DNA of 64,000 nt, from positions 4,341,992 through 4,405,991 of the forward strand of contig MU053561.1 of NCBI GenBank assembly GCA_013239625.1, written 5' to 3'. Shown one piece after another: positions 27,901 to 39,600 of the stretch. Position numbers and translations under genes: made by a program. The first letter of the stretch is position 1. Each line of letters begins with the position of its first letter. The notes beneath the pieces were generated by a model that had not been told where the DNA came from, did no database searches, and worked only from the letters and a program-made list of their open reading frames with translations. The stretch is from Lama guanicoe. Taxonomy: Eukaryota.

Positions 27901-30900
27901 AAGCGAAGAAGTGACTCATGTGGAGGTGAGTTTCCTGTTTGTTCAGTTCTTTCCTACCATCTCTCCTAGCATTATTAAAGTGTAAGGAAGGCCCCAGCAG
28001 AACTGTAACAGGAAGTATGAGCAGTCAAAGGAAATCTTGTTTTTTTTTTTTTTTTTTTTCTCTTCCAGCCCTTCCCCAAGGGTGGCCCCTGTAGTGGAGC
28101 TACAGCAGTCACAGCAGCAAGGACAAAAAAAAAAGGCAAGAGAAACTCCATGTTTCCAGCCAAAGGACAGGGGGATGGAACACCTGTAAGGCTGAGAATG
28201 AGGGGGAGATCCTAGAGAGAACTGGAGGTGATTCTCTAATTGTTTGTATGAATTGGCTTAAGTCCCATAGGGAAAAAGGAAGATGTGCATGTATAAGACA
28301 GATCAAGGCAAATATAGCAAAAGCTCTGAAATCACTATCCAAGTCTCAGAACTAATCTTTAGTGGAGAATACATGACATAGACCCAGAGTAGCATGGCAA
28401 AAGCTTTGAAAACTGAACTGATAATGGGACCCCAGGTAAGGTAAGACAGAACTTGTGGTATGAACTTGAATTGACTATCTGCTAAAATATAAACAAACAA
28501 GCAAACATTCCCCAGGGGACTTTAACAGGACACAGAATCTCACAGCATAATATTCAAAGTGTCCAGGATATAATCCAAAATTTTTCAACATTCAAAGAAC
28601 TAGGAAACTGTGATATCATTCTAAGTCTCAACCAAACAATCAAAGATAATGAAGTGCACAATAAAATAACCAACAAAAACTAGAATCTACAAAACAACAA
28701 ACCATAGAAATAGACTCCAAGGGATTCCAGATATTTGCACTGCTGGACAAAAGATTTAACAAACTAAGTTTAGTATGCTCATGGAGACAAAAAGTCAAGA
28801 TTAAAATTTTCTGCAAGAACTTGAAACTCTAAAAAGTGACACTCAGTTATTTTTAAAAAAAAAAAAAAAGCTAATGTTTACAGAACTAGAGAATGCAATA
28901 GTAGAAAACTAAGACCTAACAGATGAATTTTAAAAGTTTAGAAAAGCTAAATAGAGAATTAGTGAACTGGAAGAAAGATTAGAAGAAATGATCCTGAAGG
29001 GAGCACAATGAGAAAAAAGGGTGAAAAATATGAAGAGGGTAAGAAATATGGAAGGTACAGCATAGTGACCTCATTGCTATGACTTGAAAACATTAAACAG
29101 GCTCTCATCTAAGGGATTTTGCATTTGCCATTTCCTCTGCCTGAAATATTAGTTCCCAAAATAGCTCCATGGTACACTCCCTCATTTATTCAGGTCTCTA
29201 ATCAAATACCATTTAATTAGAAAGAACTTCCCCAAACACCCTATCTAAAACATTCTCTTTTTAAGCAGTTATCATCACCCAACGTATATTCTATTTATTC
29301 ATTTATGGTATGTGTCCCTCTACTAGAATGTATACTCCGCAACAGCAGAAACTTTGTCTGTTTACTACTGTTTTTCCTCAGCATCTAGAACATTTCATGA
29401 CACACAGGAGGCACTTTTAAAAATGTTGAATGAATAAATAAAAGACAGAGAAAATCGCAATAGCAAAGATAAAGGCTTAAGGCAAGATTCTAGACAGAGT
29501 TTATACTAAGGCAAGCATTACGATTTTTTAGGAGAAAAAGAATCTACATGTCACATCAAGATACATTCTTTAGTTTATTTAAGAGATCACCTAAAAATGT
29601 TTAAAAGATTCTTCAAACCTTTCCCACAGTCTGATCTCTGACTTAGAGAGCTTAGAACTAAACAGAAGAAAGAACAGGTAGTCTTATTTCTCTAGCCCAG
29701 GTTACTTTCTCCAAGGTGGTCAATATACTATCTCTCTACCCTCTACCCATATACTTTTCACCACTCTATATCTAGGCAGAAAAGTTAACCTTGAAAGTTG
29801 AATAGAGATGGTATAGTGAAAAAGCTGGCAGTGGTGCAGTACATTCTGAAAGGTATAGTTACAAATGCAAAGTAATATAGGCAAGGACCAAGAATTTAAA
29901 AACCTAGTAATACTGCATGCTGGAAATAATAGTAGCTAACATTTATTGAGCACTTGGCACTGTTCTAAGCATTATATATTTATTAACCAATTTAATTCTC
30001 AAAACAACACTAAGAGGCACTTTATTAACTAATAATCAGATGGACAGATTACATAAATTATCCAAATTATTCAAGATCGAGCAGACAGAAACTGAAAGTT
30101 TGAATTTGAGCACAGGGCTATATAACTTCAGCTCAAGCATTAAGCCGTAAGCTGTTTCATATATATACCACAAAATTAATACAATGTTTTAAAAAAAAAG
30201 TTTCTTTAGGAGAAATTTGAGAACTCTATAAATAACTACATTGCTATTCTTAAGTAACATGCTTCCAGCATAGCCCTCCATCAGCATTTTCTATTATGAA
30301 CATGGTTATATATTATTCTTCATTCAATTTCCTAGCTGTTCCAGACAGAAGAGAAGGTTAGTTTCAAGAGCACACTTTAACTGAAATGAGAATTAACCAT
30401 AAATGCCAAGTATATAGCTTCAGAAATATATTATCTTTCAAAAAGCTTTGAGCTTTGAAAGCTCAAAGAACCAAGAATCTACTTAATACTTATACAAAGA
30501 AATGGTATGAGGCACATATACGTTGCTCCAATCAAAATTGGTTCCAAAAAGTGAAAAGATAATTTGTTCGCCTCTCCATCCACCACCAATTAAAATGTAA
30601 CAACAAATTGATAAAAATCACATAAAACAAGAAAGATATTTACATTTCTTTGTCTTTTCTGCAGATCTGGCACAGGTTTCTTTTAGCAGATTACATAAAT
30701 GTCTTGTAGCATTATTCCTGAAACAAAGGAAGGAGTTTGCATAAGTGTAATCTGACTTCCAAGCAAAAGTATATATAAAAGTTATGAAATATTACTTTTA
30801 CAATCTTAAAGAAAATCTTAAAACCTTATAATATTTTGTAAATATCAAATATCGTTCACAAGTGACTATATGAAAGAAAAATGAGTTGACTGTACTGTTA

Positions 30901-33608
30901 ACAAAGATGATTTAATAGCTGACTCCTTTTAAAGTAAATGGCCCCTTAAAAAAATAAATAAAAATAAATGGCTCTTTAACAAGTTTCGACCCAAGTAGCT
31001 TTCAATAACCTTTCAGTAAACAGTTCCATATCCAACTAATAAAATGAGAAGTGAAGACTGGGATTTTCACTACCATAAGAAAAAAAAAATCACATGATAA
31101 TTTCAATAGATTTAGAAAACGATTTGACAAAATTCAACATTCATTCAAGTTAAAAATTCTCATCAAAGTTGGTATAGAGGAAATATCTCAACATAGGCCA
31201 TTTAAGACAAACCAACAGCCAACATAATACTCAACAGTGAAAATCTGAAAGACTTCCCACCAAATTCAGAAGTAAGACAAGGATGCCCACTGTCACTGCT
31301 TCTATTTAACATAGTACTGGGTGTCCTAACCACAGCAATCAGATGAGAAGAAGAAATACAAAGTACCAAAATTGGAAAATAAGAGGGAAACTGTCACTCT
31401 TTGCAGATGACACTATATTATATATAGGAAATCCTGAAGACTCCAAGAAATAATTGTTAGAACTAATAAATGAATTCAGTAAAGCTGCAGGATACAAAAC
31501 CAATATACAAAAATCAGCTGCATTTCTGTACATTAATAATGTACACTCAGAAAGAGAAATTAAGAAAATAATTGCATCAGAAAGAAAAAAATGCTTAGAA
31601 ATAAACTTAACCAAGGAAGTAAAAGATATGTACACTGAAAACTACAGGGACACTGACAAAAGAAACTGAAAAAAAACATGAATAAATGGAAAAATCTTCC
31701 ATGCCCATGGATTAAAAGAATTAATATTGTTAAAATGTCCATATTACCTAAATGGGTTCTGGAACCAATTCCAACTTGGGGAGGGGGTTCCCCACATCAA
31801 CAAGCAATTCTTGGCACACAGTTACGTGTCCTACAAATTAACTCAATTATGACACCATGTACCTGGAGATAGCATCAGATTTCACAGGTTAAGGATTCAG
31901 TTATACAAGTCTGCTATCCTCCCCCTGTCCCAACCTCAGATTCCAGCTGCAATCCCAGGTTGTTACTTGTGTTTCTGTCAAACTGGGAATAAATCAGAGG
32001 TTCCCATGACCTCCTCCTCAGGTTCTATTAATTTGCTAGCATGGCTCACAGAATTTAGAGAAACAATTTACTTAGTAGATTACTGGTTTATCATAAAAGG
32101 ATATAACTCAGGCCAAGTGGAAAAGATGAATAGGGCAAAGTATGAGGAAAGAGCAAAAATCTTTCATGCTCTCTCTGAGCTCACCATTCTCCCCAAATCT
32201 CCACATGTTCACCAATCCTGAAGCTCTCAAACTCTGTTCTCTTAGGTTTTTATGGAGGCTTCATTACATAGACATGATTGATTAAATCTTCAGCCATTGG
32301 CAACTGATTCAACCTCCAGGCCCTCCCCTCTCCCCAGAGGTAAGGGGAGTGAAGGGTAGGACTGAAAGTTCCAACCCTTCAAACACTTGGTTGGCTTTTC
32401 TGGCAACCAGCCCCTATCCTTAAATGGGATCCAAAAGTCACCTCATTAACAAGACACCTTTGTCACTCTCATCATTTAGGAAATTCCAAGAGTTTGTAAA
32501 GCTATGATTCAGGAAAGATGGCTGAAAACCAAATATATATGTGAAATATATTTTGGTCGTCTGAATGACCAAGTATTTCTTTTCTTATAAATCACAATAC
32601 TACACCACTCATAGCAATCTACAGATTCAGTGCAATTCCACTCAAATTTGTAGTAGCATTTTTCACAGAAACAGAACAAACAATACCAGAATCTATATGG
32701 AATCACAAAAGACCCCAATTAGACAAAGTAATCTTGAGAAAGAAGACCAAAACTGGAGGCATCACACTTTCTGATTTGAAAGTATGTTATAAAGCTATCA
32801 TAATCAAAACATTATGGTATTGGCATAAAAACAGACACATAAAACAATGGAACAGAACAAGAGAGCCCAGAAATAAACCCATGAGTATATGGTCAATTAA
32901 GTCACAACAAAGAAGCCAAAAACATACACATTGGAGAAAGGACAGTCTCTTCAATAAGTGGTGCTGGGAAAACTAGACAGCCACATGCAAATGAATGAAA
33001 CTGGACCACTACCTTACACCATACACAAAAATAAACTCAAAAGGGATTAAAAACCTGAACCTAAGACCTGAAAACATAAAATTCCTAGAAGAAAACATAG
33101 GCAGTAAGCTCCTTAACATACGTGATAATTTTCTGGATTTGATACCAAAAGTAAAGGCAACAAAAGGAAAAATAAACAAGTGAGCTACATCAAATTAAAA
33201 AAGCTTCTACACAGCATAAACAAAATTAAAGGGCAACCTACTAAATGAGAGAAAATATTTGCAAATCATATATCTGATAAGGGATTAATATCCAAAATAT
33301 ATAAAGAAATCATAAAACTCAATAGCAAAAAAAATTAAACAATCTGATTTAAAAATGAGCAGAGGACTTGAACACAGATTTTTTTCCAAAGAAGATATTC
33401 AGATGGCCAACAGGTACATGAAAAGGTCCTCAACATCACTAATCACCAGGGAAATGCAAATCAAAATCACAGTGAAATACTACTTCACACCTGTTAGAAT
33501 GGCTATTATTTAAAAAGACAAGAGAAGGGGAGGGTATAGCTCAGTGGTAGATTGTGTACCTAGCATGTACAAGGTCCTGGGTTCAATCCCCAGTACCTCC
33601 AATTAAAA

Positions 33609-33639
<31 letters not shown>

Positions 33640-36600
33640 ACCAACCAACCAACCAACCAACCTAATCACCTTCCCCCTAAAAAGTTCTGGGTATTTATCC
33701 GAAGGACACAAAAGCACTAACTTGAAAAGATATATGCGTCTCCATGTTCAATGCAGTATTATTTACAGCAGCCAAGACGTGGAAGTTACCTAAGTGACCA
33801 CTGATGAATAAATGGATAAAGAAAATGTGGAATATATATACAATGGAATATTATTCAGCCATAAAAATGGAGGAAATCCTGACTTTTACAACATTATGGA
33901 GAGAACTTGAGGGCATTATGCTATGTGAAATACTTTAGACAGAGAAAGACAAATACCATATGGCCTCATTTATATGTGAAATCTTTTTTAAAAATTTAAA
34001 AAGAAACTCATGCAGATAACAGATTGATGGCTGCCAAAGGTGGGGGTAGGAAGGAAGAAAAATGAATGAAGGGGGTCAAAAGTTATAGCCTTACAGTTAT
34101 AAAATAGGTCCTGAGGATGTAGTGTATAGCATGATGAAGACAGTTAATAACACTGTATATTTGAAAGTTCCTAAGAGAGCAGAACTTGAGGGTTTTCATC
34201 ACAAGAAAAAAAATTTGTAACTATATGTTGTAATGGATGGATTTATTGTGGTGATCATTTTGCAATATATACAAATATCAATCATTATCTAGTACACTTG
34301 AAAATAATATAACGTCATATGTCAACTGATCTCAACCAAAAAAAAATTTTTTTAAAGATCAATATAATGCAGTCAGATCTTCCAAATCTTATTAAATGTT
34401 ACTGAAAGTTAAAAAAAAAAAGACCTCTGGGTGTCTTGAAGTTATTGACATATACAGCAGTTAGGTTTAATTTTCTAACCTATAATTTTTCTGCAGAAAT
34501 GAATTATTACAGATTAATAATTTATAATAATTTATTAGCTCAGTGAAAGGCAAAAGATGGAATATTACATAAACTATATCCTTTAACATTTTCAATAACC
34601 TAATAAATGAAAAATTTAAGAAGTCACTGGCCTTTGATTTCAGTCAAAGGTGGTTTGGTTTTGTTTCCAAAGCCTGTGACTATTCTCTAGCACAGACCAG
34701 TAGTTTCCAAAGTATGACCCTTGGGCCAGCAGCATCCACATCACTTGTTAGATGTGCAAATTCTTAAACCTACTCCACAGAATCAGAAACTCTGGTAGGG
34801 GAGGAAAGGCCAACAATATGTTTTAACAAGTTCTGCAGGTAATTCTGAGGCTTGCTAAAGTTTAAGAACCACTGTCTACAGAGAAAAATTTTTCTATTTT
34901 TACTGGTTTTGTAAAATCAAAACAAGTAACTATACACCTAATTCTTCAACTACAACTTGAAGAAACATCTTCAGCCTTTTCCTGTCAACTTAAGGTGAGA
35001 AGTAGAGGAGTGCCTTTGGCAATTTGTTCCCCAAACTACAATGACCCTTTGAGCAGCATAGCCTGGCATAAAACCAGCCATATACTCCATATACAAGCAA
35101 TCATTCAGTCAAACAATATTCCTTGCAAGTTCACTATATACTTAGTGGCCTAATATACTTTTCACTGACTCCAAAATAACCATCTGCAGTAACTTTCAAA
35201 CTTTTTTTAAGAAACAAAATCCTTTTTCAAAATGAAATCTTAACTGATTTTAAATCATACAAATCACAAGATTTAAAATCATATAAAAATAAAGCTGTTC
35301 TTGTTAAAGTAAGGAGAGAAAAGGAACTACACCTGTCACCACTCAGCCTATTCTTCAGCCCACCTTTCTGTAATGCATACCCTCCTCCTCTACTTCAAGA
35401 TAAAGTCAAAACTCCTCAGTATGGCATGAAATACTAAAGTAGTAACCTCTAGTTCCCTTTTGGGATAACTCCTATTCATCCTTTATACATTGTCTTCTTC
35501 AGATAGCCTCTAACAACCACCACCATAGCATTTGTATGCATGGGGCAGGGCTTGGTAAGGTTTAACTCATCAAAGTATTTAAACAAATCCCAGATAAGAC
35601 TCTGACAAAAATCCAATGTTGTAATTTTTAAGGTAATTTCTGAAAATATGTAATTGTGATGCTTCAGGCTTGACTGCTGGAATTTGAAAATTTAAGACAC
35701 CACTGTTATATCTAATGGTGAAAATCAGATCATATATGAGATCTTGTTCCATTCAGAAAGAATAATGCCTCCAAAATTATCTAAATTACCTCAAAACTCT
35801 CTTCCTGCTCAAAAATGTCAATGAATCAAAGTGTCCATTCTCTCACAAACTTCTATTACAGGCCAAGCACAAGGTTTTGAAATACCCAGAGTCACCCAAA
35901 GTCTCTTTCAAGCTCAAGAAAGAAAACAAAAACAAAAAAACAAAAAACATGAAATTTTTTTAAAAATTAAAAGATTAAAAAAAAAAGAAATAATACTCTA
36001 AAACTACATCCCTTTCAGAAAGTCATGATCATGTAAATAATGGGCTGGTTGAACTACTTTATCTTAAATTTGTCATCCAATAATCAAATCACTCTATCTT
36101 AAGTACTACTTTTTTCTTACTTATATTCTGACAAAGCTCTTAACTAAATGTTAGGTTCTCTCAGATGATAACTGACGATTCAGTATTTGATGCCAAAACT
36201 GACACTCAACTGGATCAAGTGCTTAAAATAGAAAGATACCACTCCAAAAAATAAAGCCATTCCCTCCCACCTCAAAAAATGGCATAAATTCTATACTATA
36301 CTATGTATACTATACTATTCTACACTACACTGAATACTATATAACTAAACTAAGTAGTCACAGTATTTACAATGTTTATTAATGGAAGCAGCAGCCATTT
36401 TTAAGAAAACTCACAAGTTACCAAATACTGGTATTAGCTACAGTAGCCTTTAGATCTGTATTAAACTGTAGAAACTCAATCACATACCCATATAAAAATG
36501 ACAAGTACAAAAAAATACAGTAGGCACACAATGTTAGATCCTTCCTTTTCTATCTCCCTTCCCCCTAATAATTAAACCTCATTTAAGCAGGAAAAAAATT

Positions 36601-39600
36601 AAGGTATAACATTAAGATTTTTTTTTTCTGGGAAGTCATAGGTTGTCTTTCAACTGGGCTAAAACAATCCATTGTAATAGCATTTTTCAATTATTAGAAA
36701 CTTCACTGACAATGTGATAAGCCTTCTAGAACTGCGTTTAGCATGATGTTTAACTTAAAGCAAGTAGGAATAAACAAACTTGGCACTTTGTCTGGACTCA
36801 CACATCAGGTTCTAACTATTCAATATTCACCTGGCAAGCAAATTAAACAGTTATACTTTTCTACTAAATTCTGCATGATATCATCTGAACAAAGTGAGAA
36901 AAGTATAAAATAAGGCTTAGATATTGTTTGGACAAAGGAAAGGAAAAGTCAAAGATGATACTAAAGCTTAAAACCAAAGTTAATGGAAGAATAATTGGGC
37001 CACAGGCAAAAATAGAAATTTGAAAATGAGAATTAAATTGGAACTAAGTTGAACCCTATTCTGCATGTGCTGCACCTAAAACAATAGTCAAAAAGAAAAG
37101 CAGACAATATACATAGTTGTAGATATGGGATTATCAGGTACCTTTTTTAACACCAAGTAATGGCTTCCCCTGCCTGACATTTTAAAAAGTGAGAAGTTAT
37201 TAGTCAGTGACCATAGTTTGCCAAATGCAAGAATGTCAAATAGTTATGACTTCCTTTTTTCCACAACACCAAAACAGAATTCTATATATAAGTTAATATT
37301 ACAAGAGAAAGTGCTCATTAAATTTTTAGAAATTATTTTAATAAGTTTGGAATAAAAAATTCATAAAGAATAAATTCATTAAATTATTACTTACTCTTTT
37401 ATTAAATCTTTATTTTCTTGAATTCCTTCTTCTAATTTCAAACTTACTTTTTCATTTTCAAACTAATGTACAAGACAGAAGAAAAGTTCATAACATTTTG
37501 ATTAGCAAAATAAACATGAGTATAATCATTAAGCAGCATTTCTTTGTTAACATGCTACAATGATCTGTAAGTTATTTTCTTTGAATACAAAAAAGAACTT
37601 TTTTGTCACACTTATGAATGTCCTATAAGAACATACTTTCATCAATCTAAAATTAGGTTTGCTGAATTATCTCCGAAAAGTATCTAACAATATTTTAATG
37701 TAATAGTATCTTCCCTAAACATTTCTAAACATTTGAAATGATGTTTTATCTTTGTCCTAGCCCAATGTTGCATTTTCTCAAAGTTTTCCTTTCACTATGC
37801 CATAAAATTGAAGCTAAAGAGTTTCAAATTTAAAGTTTTATCTACAAATGTCATGTTCTAATATAATAAAAAGACATTAATATCAAATAAAACATAATCA
37901 GTAATAGGAAAATAACAAAAACTAAAAATTCTATAATTAGAATCATTAAATCAATCTTTATCAAAAGTAATTTATTATTTCCCTAATAATTTGCATTAAG
38001 TTTTGTGTAGCTTGTCATCTATGCTCATCCTAAAGTTGAAATGCAACTAATATCAATGAAACTTCAAAAAAGCACTATTCTTAAAATCCACATCACAGAA
38101 ACAAAATAAACTCAACTCATTCTGAAATAATATTCTAGTTTAAATAGTATTATAAGATTTACTATACTATATTTTCAATTTCAAATCTCATTATACCTGT
38201 AGTTCTTGAATGGCTTTCCGCTGTGCTTCAATTATCTTTCTGTTTTCCTGCAACTTATTTTCTTTCTGCTTCAGCTCAGATTCTACACTCACCTTCCACT
38301 TCTTGATCTTTTCAGCTTCCTTATACAATTTTGAATACAGTCTGCTCATTGGCTCTGAATTCTATTATAAAATAGTTTTCCAAAGATTATTAACTATTCA
38401 AAATTTTAGTATAACCAAACTACAGATGCCTATTGAAAATATACATGAGTGTCTTAACAGTTGAGACCAAATTTCTCTTCAGTTTATGCCCTAATAGCAT
38501 ATTGAAAGCTACATTAACTTTTTTAACTACTAAGGCAATATTAGCTACTTCATTAAGATTACTGGTCATTTGACTAAGCTATTCCTCGCTGAATAATATC
38601 AAATAACTTCCAAATGTACTTAAGCCAGAAGTCAGAAATATTTAAGTCAATGAGAGAAACCAGCTGGTTAAAAGCTAAATAAATCATTCTATATGAAATC
38701 TATAAATTTTAGCAATGGTCTTGAAACATTTGGGTTATACAAATAGCTTAAGGATTAACCAAAGGATATGAAGTTTAAAATACAATAACATGAAAAATAA
38801 TAGTGAACACAAGGTCTAACTTTCATTCAGCCTGAGGTTTTATTTGGATTTTATTTGGATATTATTCTGCATTATCCATTTCCACATTATAAGGTAAACG
38901 CCAAAGGTTTTTGGGTTTTTTTAATCACGCTATTGTCTGCTTGCTGATAGCTCTTTGTTATTAAAATATATGTAAGTTCCAAATATCTAAATTTGTGATA
39001 CCATAATCCCAGCAACAAACAGTAATAAAGCACTTAATCAGGCCATAGAATGTCTCTTTACTTTAAAGATATCTATGTGCCATAAGAATGATTTTTATAA
39101 CTAAAATCAAAAGTACAACATATCCTACAAGTTCCTTAGACAGTAAATCAGACAATCATACTTATTAATTCAAGAATTGTCCATAAAATACTGGCTTAAC
39201 TCTCAGCCTTTTCACATATTGTATTCATCTCCCCTTTTGTTACCTTGATTTTTATGATTTAAAATTAAATTGCCCCTTAAGAATGAATGCTTTATAACCC
39301 AGGAAAATACAGAGGCCTAGTATTTCAGCAACTTCCAAATAAAAACAAAGGGAAAAAAAGGTTTTAAAGAATATAATTTAAAACATTAACCAAATATTAA
39401 TACTTTTGAAACTTTAAAAGAAAGATAGTTACAAATAATAATAAATGATACTCTAATTACATGAAATTTAGTATGTGTGGGAAATCGTCTGACCTCAAAA
39501 TCAGAGTCTTTGAGTCCTTCCTGGTAGTGACAACTGTCAGAATTATCAACCTAAAAAAATGAATAAATTTTTCCTATAAGAAAATATTTCTGGTAAGAGT

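Larger units (their letters stand above)
31080..34350 (+). mobile_element. L1 ORF2 (RT and C-terminus) plus 3'UTR, with nested LTR and SINE
   Basis: RQGCPLS and LFADD (ctctttgcagatgac) RT motifs; [25 protein letters not shown]. Confidence 0.92.

Noticed and set aside
33526..33600. tRNA gene (A and B boxes; also at 14912 and 56541)
   Set aside because: Each is followed by an (AAAT)n tail, two have TSDs, and the copies are dispersed and diverged. They are SINEs, not tRNA genes.
36360..36880. Possible processed-pseudogene 3'UTR (minus-strand AATAAA near 36375)
   Set aside because: No poly(A) remnant, TSD or recognisable parent gene; it cannot be supported without a search.
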